From the NCBI RefSeq assembly GCF_009914755.1, contig NC_060944.1: a stretch of DNA of 64,000 bases. One strand, 5' to 3'. This document shows positions 37,642 to 52,200 of this stretch, piece after piece. Position numbers and translations under genes: made by a program. How positions within the stretch are numbered: position 1 is the first letter of the stretch; each line of letters begins with the position of its first letter. Source of the DNA: the human T2T-CHM13v2.0 reference genome, Homo sapiens. The notes beneath the pieces were generated by a model. That model was not told the origin of the DNA. It searched no databases and was given only the letters and a program-made list of their open reading frames with translations.

Positions 37642-40600
37642 ATATCTTCCCATAAAAACTAGAAAGAAGCATTCTCAGAAACTTCTTTGTGATGCTTGCA
37701 TTCAACTCACAGAGTTGAACATTCCCTTTCATACAGCAGTTTGGAAAAACTCTTTTTGTAGTATCTGGAAGTGGACGTTTGGAGCGCTTTGAGGACTAGG
37801 GTGAAAAAGGAAATATCCTCACCTAAGAACTAGACAGAAGCATTCTCAGAAACTTCTTTGTGATGTGTGTAGTCAACTCACAGAGTTGAACCTTTCTTTT
37901 GATACAGCAGTTTTGAAACACTCTTTTTGTAGAATCTGCAAGTGGTTATTTTCATAGCTTTGAGGCTTTGATTGGAAACGGGAATATCTTCACATAAAAA
38001 CTAGACAGAAGCATTCTCGGAAACTTCTTTATGAAGTTTGCATTCAACTCACAGAGTTGAAATTTCCGTTCCATACAGCAGTTTTGAAACTCTCTTTTTC
38101 TAGAATCTGTAAGTGGAAACTTGGAGCGCTTCGAGGCCTATGGTGAAAAAGGGAATATCTTCCCATAAACAGTAGACAGAAGAATGCTCAGTAACTACTT
38201 TGTGATGTGTGTACTCAACTCACAGAGTTGAACTTTTCTTTTGAAAGAGAAGTTTTGAAATACTCTTTTTGTAGAATCTGCAAATGGGTATTTAGCCTGC
38301 TTTGAGGCCTTCATTGGAAACGGGAATATCTTCACATAAAACTAGACAGAAGCATCCTCAGAAACTTCGTTGTGATGTGTGCATTCAACTCCCAGAGCTG
38401 AACCTTTCTTTTGATAGAGCAGTTCGGAAACAATCTTTTTGTGGTAACTGGAAGTGGACGTTTGGAGCGATTCGAAGCCTATGGTGAAAAACGCAATATC
38501 TTCACCTAAAAACTAGACAGAAGCATTCTCAGAAACTGCTTTGTGATATGTGTAGTCAACTCACGGAGTTGAAACCTGGTTTTGATGCAGCAGTTTTGAA
38601 ACACTCTTTTTGTTAGAATCTTCAAGTGGATATTTGAATAGCTTTGAGGCTTTCATTGGAAACGGGAATATCTACACATAAGAACTAGACAGAAGCATTC
38701 TCAGAAAGTTCTTTATGAAGTTCGCATTCAACTCACAGAGTTGTACCTTCCTTTTCACACAGCAGTTTTGAGACATTCTTTTTGTAGAATCTGCAAGTGG
38801 ACATTTGGAGTGATTTGAGACATAGGGTGAAAAAGGAATATCTTCCCATAAAAAGTCGACAGAAGCATTCTCAGAAACGACTTTCTGATTTGTGTACTCA
38901 ACACAGAGAGTTAAACCTTTCCTTTGATACAGCAGTTCGGAAACACTCTTCTTGTAGAATTTACAAGCGGATATAAGGACAGCAGTGAGGATTTCATCGG
39001 AAACGGAATATCTTCACATAAATGTAGACAGAAGCATTCTCATAAGGTTCCTTGTAATGTGTGTATTCAACTCACAGAGTTGAAACTTTCTTTTGATACA
39101 GCAGATTGGAAGCCCTCTTTTTGTAGAATTTGCAAGTGGATATCTGGACAGATTTGAGGCCTTCCCTGGAAACGAGTGTATCTTCACATAAACACTAGAC
39201 AGAAGCATCCTCAGAAACTTGTTGGTGATGCTTGCATTCAACTCACAGAATTGAACGTTTGTTTTCCTAGAGCAGTTTTGAAACACTCTTTTTGTAGTAA
39301 CTGGAAGTGGACATTTGGAGCACTTTGAGGCCTAGGGTGAAAAAGAAATTATCTTCACATAAAAACTAGACAGAAGCATTCTCTGAAACTTCTTTGTGAT
39401 GTGTGTACTCAACTCACAGAGTTGAACTTTTCTTCTCATAGATCAGATTTGAAACCCTCTTTTTGTAGAGTCTGCAAGTGCATATTTGGATAGCTTTGAG
39501 GATTTCATTGGAAACGGGAATATCTTCCCATAAAAAGTAGAAAGAAGCATTCTCAGAAACTTCTTTTTGATGCTTGCATTCAACACACAGAGTTGAACAT
39601 TCCCTTTCATACAGCAGTTTTGAAACACTCTTTTTGTAGTACCTGGAAGTGGACATTTGGAGCGCTTTGAGGCCTAGGGTGAAAAAGGAAATACCCTCAC
39701 CTAAAAAGTAGACAGAAGCATTCTCAGAAACTTCTTTGTGATGTGTGTAGTCAACTCACAGAGTTGAACCTTTCTTTTGATACAGCAGTTTTGAAACACT
39801 CTTTTTGTAGTATCTGCAAGTGGTTATTTTGATAGCTTTGAGGCTTTGATTGGAAACGGGAATATCTTCACATAAAAACTAGACAGAAGCATTATCAGAA
39901 ACTTCTTTATGAAGTTTGCATTCAACTCACAGAGTTGAACTTTCCGTTCCATACAGCAGTTTTGAAACTCTCTTTTTCTAGAATCTGTAATGGAAACTAG
40001 GAGCGCTTCGAGTCCTATGGTGAAAAAGGGAATATCTTCCCATAAAAAGTAGACAGAAGAATGCTGAGTAACTACTTTGTGATGTGTGTACTCAACTCAC
40101 AGAGTTGAACTTTTCTTTTGAAAGAGAAGTTTTGAAACACTCTTTTTGCAGAATCTGCAAATGGGTATGTAGCCTGCTTTGAGGCCTTCATTGGAAACGG
40201 GAATATCTTCACATAAAACTAGACAGAAGCATTCTCAGAAACTTCGTTGTGTTGTGTGCATTCAACTCCCAGAGTTGAACCTCTCTTTTGATAGAGCAGC
40301 TCTGAAACAATCTTTTTGTGGTATCTGGAAGTGGACGTTTGGAGAGATTCGAGGCCTATGGTGAAAAAGGCAATATCTTCAGCTAAAAAATAGACAGAAG
40401 CATTCTCAGAAACTGCTTTGTGATATGTGTAGTCAACTCGCGGAGTTGAAACTTTGTTTTGATGCAGCAGTTTTTAAACACTCTTTTTGTTAGAATCTTC
40501 AAGTGGATATTTGGATAGCTTTGAGGCTTTCATTGGAAACGGGAATATCTACACATAAGAACTAGACAGAAGCATTCTCAGAAAGTTCTTTATGAAGTTC

Positions 40601-43255
40601 GCATTCAACTCACAGAGTTGTACCTTCCTTTTCACACAGCAGTTTTGAGACATTCTTTTTGTAGAATCTGCAAGTGGACATTTGGAGTGATTTGAGACAT
40701 AGGGTGAAAAAGGAATATCTTCCCATAAAAAGTCGACAGAAGCATTCTCAGAAACGACTTTCTGATTTGTGTACTCAACTCACAGAGTTAACCCTTTCCT
40801 TTGATACAGCAGTTTGGAAACACTCTTCTTGTAGAATTTACAAGCGGATATAAGGACAGCAGTGAGGAATTCATCGGAAACGGAATATCTTCACATAAAA
40901 GTAGACAGAAGCATTCTCAGAAAGTTCTTTGTAATGTGTGCATTCATCTCACAGAGTTGAATCTGTCTTTGATAGAGCAGATTGGAAGCCCTCTTTTTGT
41001 AGAATTTGCAAGTGGTTATCTAGACAGCTTTGAGGCCTTCTCTGTAAACGAGTGTATCTTCACATAAACACTAGACAGAAGCATCCTCAGAAACTTGTTG
41101 GTGATGCTTGCATTCAACTCACAGAATTGAACATTTCTTTTCCTAGAGCAGTTTTGAAACACTCTTTTTGTAGTATCTGGAAGTGGACATTTGGAGCACT
41201 TTGAGGCCTAGGGTGAAAAAGGAAATAGCTTCACATAAAAACTAGACAGAAGCATTCTTGAAACTTCTTTGTGAAGTGTGTACTCAACTCACAGAGTTGA
41301 ACTTTTCTTCTCATAGATCAGATTTGAAACCCTCCTTTTGTAGAGTCTGCAAGTGCATATTTGGATAGCTTTGAGGATTTCATTGGAAACGGGAATATCT
41401 TCCCATAAAAACTAGAAAGAAGCATTCTCAGAAACTTCTTTGTGATGCTTGCATTCAACTCACAGAGTTGAACATTCCCTTTCATACAGCAGTTTGGAAA
41501 CACTCTTTTTCTAGAATCTGGAAGTGGACCTTTGGAGCGCTTTGAGGCCTAGGGTGAAAAAGGAAATATCCTCACCTAAGAATTAGACAGAAGCATTCTC
41601 AGAAACTTCTTTGTGATGTGTGTAGTCAACTCACAGAGTTAAACATTTCTTTTGATACAGCAGTTTTGAAACACTCTTTTTGTAGAATCTGCAAGTGGTT
41701 ATTTTCATAGCTTTGAGGCTTTGATTGGAAACGGGAATATCTTCACATAAAAACTAGACAGAAGCATTCTCAGAAACTTCTTTATGCAGTTTGCATTCAA
41801 CTCACAGAGTTGAAGTTTCCGTTCCATACAGCAGTTTTGAAACTCTCTTTTTCTAGAATCTGTAAGTGGAAACTTGGAGCGCTTCGAGGCCTATGGTGAA
41901 AAAGGGAATATCTTCCCATAAAAAGTAGACAGAAGAATGCTCAGTAACTACTTTGTTATGTGTGTACTCAACTCACAGAGTTGAACTTTTCTTTTGAAAG
42001 ACAAGTTTTGAAACACTCTTTTTGTAGCATCTGCAAATGGGTATGTAGCCTGCTTTGAGGCCTTCATTGGAAACGGGAATATCTTCAAATAAAACTAGAC
42101 AGAAGCATTCTCAGAAACTTCGTTGTGATGTGTGCATTCAATTCCCAGAGTTGAACCTCTCTTTTGATAGAGCAGTTCTGAAACAATCTTTTTGAGGTAT
42201 CTGGAAGTGGACGTTTGGAGCGATTCGAGGCCTATGGTGAAAAAGGCAATATCTTCACCTAAAAACTAGACAGAAGCATTCTCAGAAACTACTTTGTGAT
42301 ATGTGTAGTCAACTCACGGAGTTGAAACTTGGTTTTGATGCAGGAGTTTTGAAACACTCTTTTTGTTAGAATCTTCAAGTGGATATTTGGATAGCTTTGA
42401 GGCTTTCATTGGAAACGGGAATATCTACACATAAGAACTAGACAGAAGCATTCTCAGAAAGTTCTTTATGAAGTTCGCATTCAAGTCACAGAGTTGTACC
42501 TTCCTTTTCACACAGCAGTTTTGAGACATTCTTTTTGTAGAATCTGCAAGTGGACATTTGGAGTGATTTGAGACATAGGGTGAAAAAGGTATATCTTCCC
42601 ATAAAAAGTAGACAGAATCATTCTCAGAAACGACTTTCTGATTTGTGTACTCAACTCACAGAGTTAACCCTTTCCTTTGATACAGCAGTTTGGAAACACT
42701 CTTCTTGTAGAATTTGCAAGCGGATATAAGGACAGCAGTGAGGATTTCATCGGAAACGGAATATCTTCACATAAAAGTAGACAGAAGCATTCTCAGAAAG
42801 TTCTTTGTAATGTGTGCATTCAACTCACAGAGTTGGAACTTTCTTTTGATAGAGCAGATTGGAAGCCCTCTTTTTGTAGAATTTGCAAGTGGATATCTGG
42901 ACAGCTTTGAGGCCTTCCCTGGAAACGAGTGTATCTTCACATAAACACTAGACAGAAGCATCCTCAGAAACATGTTGGTGATGCTTGCATTCAACTCACA
43001 GAATTGAACATTTCTTTTCCTAGAGCAGTTTTGAAACACTCTTTTTGTAGTATCTGGAAGTAGACATTTGGAGCACATTGAGGTCTAGGGTGAAAAAGGA
43101 AATAGCTTCACATAAAAACTAGACAGAAGCATTCTCTGAAACTTCTTTGTGATGTGTGTACTCAACTCACAGATTTGAACTTTTCTTCTCATAGATCAGA
43201 TTTGAAACCCTCTTTTTGTAGAGTCTGCAAGTGCATACTTGGATAGCTTTGAGGA

Positions 43256-43272
43256 TTTCGTTGGAAACGGGA
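43256..43272 (+). promoter_or_regulatory. Intact CENP-B box in monomer M8
   Basis: tttcgttggaaacggga, exact consensus match. Confidence 0.9.
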
Positions 43273-46200
43273 ATATCTTCCCATAAAAACTAGAAAGAAG
43301 CATTCTCAGAAACTTCTTTGTGATGCTTGCATTCAACTCACAGAGTTGAACATTCCCTTTCATACAGCAGTTTGGAAAAACTCTTTTCGTAGTATCTGGA
43401 AGTGGACGTTTGGAGCGCTTTGAGGACTAGGGTGAAAAAGGAAATATCCTCACCTAAGAACTAGACAGAAGCATTCTCAGAAACTTCTTTGTGATGTGTG
43501 TAGTCAACTCACAGAGTTGAACCTTTCTTTTGATACAGCAGTTTTGAAACACTCTTTTTGTAGAATCTGCAAGTGGTTGTTTTGATAGCTTTGAGGCTTT
43601 GATTGGCAACGGGAATATCTTCACATAAAAACTAGACAGAAGCATTCTCAGAAACTTCTTTATGAAGTTTGCATTCAACTCACAGAGTTGAACTTTCCGT
43701 TCCATACAGCAGTTTTGAAACTCTCTTTTTCTAGAATCTGTAAGTGGAAATTTGGAGCGCTTCGTGGCCTATGGTGAAAAAGGGAATATCTTCCCATAAA
43801 TAGTAGACAGAAGAATTCTCAGTAACTACTTTGTGATGTGTGTACTCAACTCACAGAGTTGAAATTTTCTTTTGAAAGAGAAGTTTTGAAACACTCTTTT
43901 TGTAGCATCTGCAAATGGGTATGTAGCCTGCTTTGAGGCCTTCATTGGAAACGGGAATCTCTTCACATAAAACTAGACAGAAGCATTCTCAGAAACTTCG
44001 TTGTGATGTTTGCATTCAACTCCCAGAGTTGAACCTCTCTTTTGATAGAGCAGTTCTGAAACAATCTTTTTGTGGTATCTGGAAGTGGACGTTTGGAGCG
44101 ATTCGAGGACTATGGTGAAAAAGGCAATATCTTCACCTAAAAACTAGACAGAAGCATTCTCAGAAACTGCTTTGTGATATGTGTAGTCAACTCACGGAGT
44201 TGAAACTTGGTTTTGATGCAGCAGTTTTGAAACACTCTTTTTGTTAGAATCTTCAAGTGGATATTTGGATAGCTTTGAGGCTTTCATTGGAAACGGGAAT
44301 ATGTACACATAAGAACTAGACAGAAGCATTCTCAGAAAGTTCTTTATGAAGTTCGCATTCAACTCACAGAGTTGTGCCTTCCTTTTCACACAGCAGTTTT
44401 GAGACATTCTTTTTGTAGAATCTGCAAGTGGACATTTGGAGTGATTTGAGACATAGGGTGAAAAAGGAATATCTTCCCATAAAGAGTAGACAGAAGCATT
44501 CTCAGAAACGACTTTCTGATTTGGGTGCTCAACTCACAGAGTTAAACCTTTCCTTTGATACAGCAGTTTGGAAACACTCTTCTTATAGAATTTACAAGCG
44601 GATATAAGGACAGCAGTGAGGAATTCATCGGAAACAGAATATCTTCACATAAAAGTAGACAGAAGCATTCTCAGAAAGTTCTTTGTAATGTGTGCATTCA
44701 ACTCACAGAGTTGAAACTGTCTTTGATAGAGCAGATTGGAAGCCCTCTTTTTGAAGAATTTGCAAGTGGATATCTGGACAGCTTTGAGGCCTTCCCTGGA
44801 AACGAGTGTATCTTCACATAAACACTAGACAGAAGCATCCTCAGAAACTTGTTGGTGATGCTTGCATTCAACTCACAGAATTGAACATTTCTTTTCCTAG
44901 AGCAGTTTTGAAACACTCTTTTTGAAGTATCTGGAAGTGTACATTTGGAGCACTTTGAGGCCTAGGGTGAAAAAGGAAATAGCTTCACATAAAAACTAGA
45001 CAGAAGCATTCTTGAAACTACTTTGTGAAGTGTGTACTCAACTCACAGAGTTGAACTTTTCTTCTCATAGATCAGATTTGAAACCCTCTTTTTGTAGAGT
45101 CTGCAAGTGCATATTTGGATAGCTTTGAGGATTTCATTGGAAGCGGGAATATCTTCCCATAAAAACTAGAAAGAAGCATTCTCAGAAACTTCTTTGTGAT
45201 GCTTGCATTCAACTCAAAGAGTTGAACATTCCCTTTCATACAGCAGTTTGGAAACACTCTTTTTCTAGAATCTGGAAGTGGACCTTTGGAGCGCTTTGAG
45301 GCCTAGGGTGAAAAAGGAAATATCCTCACCTAAGAATTAGACAGAAGCATTCTCAGAAACTTCTTTGTGATGTGTGTAGTCAACTCACAGAGTTGAACCT
45401 TTCTTTTGATACAGCAGTTTTGAAAAACTCTTTTTGTAGAATCTGCAAGTGGTTATTTTGATAGCTTTGAGGCTTTGATTGGAAACGGGAATATCTTCAC
45501 ATAAAAACTAGACAGAAGCATTCTCGGAAACTTCTTTATGAAGTTTGCATTCAACTCACAGAGTTGAACTTTCCGTTCCATACAGCAGTTTTGAAACTCT
45601 CTTTTTCTAGAATCTGTAAGTGGAAACTTGGAGCGCTTCGAGGCCTATGGTGAAAAAGGGAATATCTTCCCATAAAAAGTAGACAGAAGAATGCTCAGTA
45701 ACTACTTTGTGATGTGTGTACTCAACTCACAGAGTTGAACTTTTCTTTTGAAAGACAAGTTTTGAAACACTCTTTTTGTAGCGTCTGCAAATGGGTATGT
45801 AGCCTGCTTTGAGGCCTTCATTGGAAACGGGAATATCTTCACATAAAACTAGACAGAAGCATTCTCAGGAACTTCGTTGTGATGTGTGCATTCAACTCCC
45901 AGAGTTGAACCTCCCTTTTGATAGAGCAGTTCTGAAACAATCTTTTTGTGGTATCTGGAAGTGGACGTTTGGAGCGATTCGAGGCCTATGGTGAAAAAGG
46001 CAATATCTTCACCTAAAAACTAGACAGAAGCATTCTCAAAAACTACTTTGTGATATGTGTAGTCAACTCACGGAGTTGAAACTTTGTTTTGATGCAGCAG
46101 TTTTGAAACACTCTTTTTGTTAGAATCTTCAAGTGGATGTTTGGATAGCTTTGAGGCTTTCATTGGAAACGGGAATATCTACACATAAGAACTAGACAGA

Positions 46201-49200
46201 AGCATTCTCAGAAAGTTCTTTATGAAGTTCGCATTCAACTCACAGAGTTGTACCTTCCTTTTCACACAGCAGTTTTGAGACATTCTTTTTGTAGAATCTG
46301 AAAGTGGACATTTGGAGTGATTTGAGACATAGGGTGAAAAAGGAATATCTTCCCATAAAAAGTCGACAGAAGCATTCTCAGAAACGACTTTCTGATTTGT
46401 GTACTCAACTCACAGAGTTAAAGCTTTCCTTTGATACAGCAGTTCGGAAACACTCTTCTTGTAGACTTTACAAGCGGATATAAGGACAGCAGTGAGGATT
46501 TCATCGGAAAGGGTATATCTTCACATAAAAGTAGACAGAAGCATTCTCAGAAAATTCTTTGTAATGTGTGCATTCAACTGACAGTGTTGAAACTTTCTTT
46601 TGATAGAGCAGATTGGAAGCCCTCTTTTTGTAGAATTTGAAAGTGGATATCTGGACAGCTTTGAGGCCTTCCCTGGAAACGAGTGTATCTTCACATAAAC
46701 ACTAGACAGAAGCATCCTCAGAAACTTGTTGGTGATGCTTACATTCAACTCACAGAATTGAACGTTTCTTTTCCTAGAGCAGTCTTGAAACACTCTTTTT
46801 GTAGTATCTGGAAGTGGACATTTGGAGCACTTTGAGGCCTAGGGTGAAAAAGGAAATAGCTTCACATAAAAACTAGACAGAAGCATTCTCTGAAACTTCT
46901 TTGTGATGTGTGTACTCAACTCACAGAGTTGAACTTTTCTTCTCATAGACCAGATTTGAAACCCTCTTTTTGTAGAGTCTGCAAGTTCATATTTGGATAG
47001 CTTTGAGGATTTCATTGGAAACGGGAATATCTTCCCATAAAAACGAGAAAGAAGCATTCTCAGAAACTTCTTTGTGATGCTTGCATTCAACACACAGAGT
47101 TGAACATTCCCTTTCATACAGCAGTTTTGAAACACTCTTTTTGTAGTATCTGGAAGTGGACCTTTGGAGTGCTTTAAGGCCTAGGGTGAAAAAGGAAATA
47201 CCCTCACCTAAAAAGTAGACAGAAGCATTCTCAGAAACTTCTTAGTGATGTGTGTAGTCAACTCACAGAGTTTAACCATTCTTTTGATACAGCAGTTTTG
47301 AAACACTCTTTTTGTAGAATCTGCAAGTGGTTATTTTGATAGCTTTGAGGCTTTGATTGGAAACGGTAATATCTTCACATAAAAACTAGACAGAAGCATT
47401 CTCAGAAACTTCTTTATGCAGTTTGCATTCAACTCACAGAGTTGAACTTTCCGTTCCATACAGCAGTTTTGAAACTCTCTTTTTCTAGAATCTGTAAGTG
47501 GAAACTTGGAGCGCTTCGAGGCCTATGGTGAAAAAGGGAATATCTTCCCATAAAAAGTACACAGAAGAATTCTCAGTAACTACTTTGTGATGTGTGTACT
47601 CAACTCACAGAGTTGAACTTTTCTTTTGAAAGAGAAGTATTGAAACACTCTTTTTGTAGAATCTGCAAATGGGTATTTAGCCTGCTTTGAGGCCTTCATT
47701 GGAAACGGGAATATCTTCACATAAAACTAGAAAGAAGCATTCTCAGAAACTTCGTTGTGATGTGTGCATTCAACTCCCAGAGTTGAACCTCTCTTTTGAT
47801 AGAGCAGTTCTGAAACAATCTTTTTGTGGTATCTGGAAGTGGACGTTTGGAGCGACTCGAGGCCTATGGTGAAAAAGGCAATATCTTCACCTAAAAACTA
47901 GACAGAAGCATTCTCAGAAACTGCTTTGTGATATGTGTAGCCAACTCACGGAGTTGAAACTTGGTTTTGATGCAGCAGTTTTGAAACACTCTTTTTGTTA
48001 GAATGTTCAAGTGGATATTTGGATAGCTTTGAGGCTTTCATTGGAAACGGGAATATCTACACATAAGAACTAGACAGAAGCATTCTCAGAAAGTTCTTTA
48101 TGAAGTTCGCATTCAACTCACAGAGTTGTACCTTCCTTTTCACACAGCAGTTTTGAGACATTCTTTTTGTAGAATCTGCAAGTGGACATTTGGAGTGATT
48201 TGAGACATAGGGTGAAAAAGGAATATCTTCCCATAAAATGTAGACAGAAGCATTCTCAGAAACGACTTTCTGATTTGTGTACTCAACTCACAGAGTTAAC
48301 CCTTTCCTTTGATACAGCAGTTTGCAAACACTCTTCTTGTAGAATTTGCAAGCAGATATAAGGACAGCAGTGAGGATTTCATCGGAAACGGAATATCTTC
48401 ACATAAAAGTAGACAGAAGCATTCTCAGAAAGTTCTTTGTAATGTGTGCATTCATCTCACAGAGTTGAATCTGTCTTTGATAGAGCAGATTGGAAGCCCT
48501 CTTTTTGTAGAATTTGCAAGTGGATATCTGGACAGCTTTGAGGCCTTCCCTGGAAACGAGTGTATCTTCACATAAACACTAGACAGAAGCATCCTCAGAA
48601 ACTTGTTGGTGATGCTTGTATTCAACTCACAGAATTGAACATTAATTTTCCTAGAGCAGTTTTGAAACACTCTTTTTGTAGTATCTGGAAGTGGACATTT
48701 GGAGCACTTTGAGGCCTAGGGTGAAAAAGGAAATAGCTTCACATAAAAACTAGACAGAAGCATTCTTCAAACTTCTTTGTGAAGTGTGTAATCAACTCAC
48801 AGAGTTGAACTTTTCTTCTCATAGATCAGATTTGAAACCCTCTTTTTGTAGAGTCTGCAAGTGCATATTTGGATAGCTTTGAGGATTTCATTGGACACGG
48901 GAATATCTTCCCATAAAAACTAGAAAGAAGCATTCTCAGAAACTTCTTTGTGATGCTTGCATTCAACTCACAGAGTTGAACATTCCCTTTCATACAGCAG
49001 TTTGGAAACACTCTTTTTCTAGAATCTGGAAGTGGACCTTTGGAGTGCTTTGAGGCCTAGGGTGAAAAAGGAAATATCCTCACCTAAGAATTAGACAGAA
49101 GCATTCTCAGAAACTTCTTTGTGATGTGTGTAGTCAACTCACAGAGTTGAACCTTTCTTTTGATACAGCAGTTTTGAAACACTCTTTTTGTAGAATCTGC

Positions 49201-52200
49201 AAGTGGTTATTTTGATAGCTTTGAGGCTTTGATTGGAAACGGGAATATCTTCACATAAAAACTAGACAGAAGTATTCTCAGAAACTTCTTTATGAAGTTT
49301 GCATTCAACTCACAGAGTTGAACTTTCCGTTCCATACAGCAGTTTTGAAACTCTCTTTTTCTAGAATCTGTAAGTGGAAACTTGGAGCGCTTCGAGGCCT
49401 ATGGTGAAAAAGGGAATATCTTCCAATAAAAAGTAGACAGAAGAATGCTCAGTAACTACTTTGTGATGTGTGTACTCAACTCACAGAGTTGAAGTTTTCT
49501 TTTGAAAGACAAGTTTTGAAACACTCTTTTTGTAGCATCTGCAAATGGGTATGTAGCCTGCTTTGAGGCCTTCATTGGAAACGGGAATATCTTCACATAA
49601 AACTAGACAGAAGCATTCTCAGAAACTTCGTTGTGATGTGTGCATTCTACTCCCAGAGTTGAACCTCCCTTTTGATAGGGCAGTTCTGAAACAATCTTTT
49701 TGTGGTATCTGGAAGTGGACGTTTGGAGCGATTCGAGGCCTATGGTGAAAAAGGCAATATCTTCACCTAAAAACTAGACAGAAGCATTCTCAGAAACTAC
49801 TTTGTGATATGTGTAGTCAACTCACGGAGTTGAAACTTTGTTTTGATGCAGCAGTTTTGAAACACTCTTTTTGTTAGAATCTTCAAGTGGATATTTGGAT
49901 AGCTTTGAGGCTTTCATTGGAAACGGGAATATCTACACATAAGAACTAGACAGAAGCATTCTCAGAAAGTTCTTTATGAAGTTCGCATTCAACTCACAGA
50001 GTTGTACCTTCCTTTTCACACAGTAGTTTTGAGTCATTCTTTTTGTAGAATCTGCAAGTGGACATTTGGAGTGATTTGAGACATAGTGTGAAAAAGGAAT
50101 ATCTTCCCATTAAAAGTCGACAGAAGCATTCTCAGAAAAGAGTTTCTGATTTGTGTACTCAACTCACAGAGTTAAAACTTTCCTTTGATACAGCAGTTTG
50201 GAAACACTCTTCTTGTAGAATTTGCAAGCGGATATAAGGACAGCAGTGAGGATTTCATCGGAAACGGAATATCTTCACATAAAAGTAGACAGAAGCATTC
50301 TCAGAAAGTTCTTTGTAATGTGTGCATTCAACTCACAGAGTTGAAACTGTCTTTGATAGAGCAGATTGGAAGCCCTCTTTTTGAAGAATTTGCAAGTGGA
50401 TATCTGGACAGCTTTGAGGCCTTCCCTGGAAACGAGTGTATCTTCACATAAACACTAGACAGAAGCATCCTCAGAAACTTGTTGGTGATGCTTGCATTCA
50501 ACTCACAGAATTGAACATTTCTTTTCCTAGAGCAGTTTTGAAACACTCTTTTTGTAGTATCTGGATGTGGACATTTGGAGCACTTTGAGGCCTAGGGTGA
50601 AAAAGGAAATAGCTTCACATAAAAACTAGACAGAAGCATTCTTCAAACTTCTTTGTGAAGTGTGTACTCAACTCACAGAGTTGAACTTTTCTTCTCATAG
50701 ATCAGATTTGAAACCCTCTTTTTGTAGAGTCTGCAAGTGCATATTTGGATAGCTTTGAGGATTTCATTGGAAACGGGAATATCTTCCCATAAAAACTAGA
50801 AAGAATCATTCTCAGAAACTTCTTTGTAATGCTTGCATTCAACTCACAGAGTTGAACATTCCCTTTCATACAGCAGTTTGGAAACACTCTTTTTCTAGAA
50901 TCTGGAATTGGACATTTGGAGTGCTTTGAGGCCTAGGGTGAAAAAGGAAATATCCTCACCTAAGAATTAGACAGAAGTATTCTCAGAAACTTCTTTGTGA
51001 TGTGTGTAGTCAACTCACAGAGTTGAACCTTTCTTTTGATACAGCAGTTTTGAAACACTCTTTTTGTAGAATCTGCAAGTGGTTATTTTGATAGCTTTGA
51101 GGCTTTGATTGGAAACAGGAATGTCTTCACATAAAAACTAGACAGAAGCATTCTCAGAAACTTCTTTATGAAGATTGCATTCAACTCACAGAGTTGAACT
51201 TTCCGTTCCATACAGCAGTTTTGAAACTCCCTTTTCTAGAATCTGTAAGTGGAAACTTGGAGCGCTTCGAGGCCTATGGTGAAAAAGGAAATATCTTCCC
51301 ATAAAAAGTAGACAGAAGAATTCTCAGTAACTACTTTGTGATGTGTGTACTCAACTGACAGAGTTGAACTTTTCTTTTGAAAGAGAAGTTTTGAAACACT
51401 CTTTTTGCAGAATCTGCAAATGTGTATGTAGCCTGCTTTGAGGCCTTCATTGGAAACGGGAATATCTTCACATAAAACTAGACAGAAGCATTCTCAGAAA
51501 CTTCGCTGTGTTGTGTGCATTCAACTCCCAGAGTTGAACCTCTCTTTTGATAGAGCAGTTCTGAAACAATCTTTTTGTAGTATCTGGAAGTGGACGTTTG
51601 GAGCGACTCGAGGCCTATGGTGAAAAAGGCAATATCTTCACCTAAAAATTAGACAGAAGCATTCTCAGAAACTGCTTTGTGATATGTGTAGTCAACTCAC
51701 GGAGTTGAAACTTTGTTTTGATGCAGCAGTTTTGAAACACTGTGTTTGTTAGAATCTTCAAGTGGATATTTGGATAGCTTTGAGGCTTTCATTGGAAACG
51801 GGAATATCTACACATAAGAACTAGACAGAAGCATTCTCAGAAAGTTCTTTATGAAGTTCGCATTCAACTCACAGAGTTGTACCTTCCTTTTCACACAGCA
51901 GTTTTGAGACATTCTTTTTGTAGAATCTGCAAGTGGACATTTGGAGTGATTTGAGACATAGGGTGAAAAAGGAATATCTTCCCATAAAAAGTAGACAGAA
52001 GCATTCTCAGAAACGACTTTCTGATTTGTGTACTCAACTCACAGAGTTAACCCTTTCCTTTGATACAGCAGTTTGCAAACACTCTTCTTGTAGAATTTAC
52101 AAGCGGATATAAGGACAGCAGTGAGGATTTCATCGGAATCGGAATATCTTCACATAAAAGTAGACAGAAGCATTCTCAGAAAGTTCTTTGTAATGTGTGC

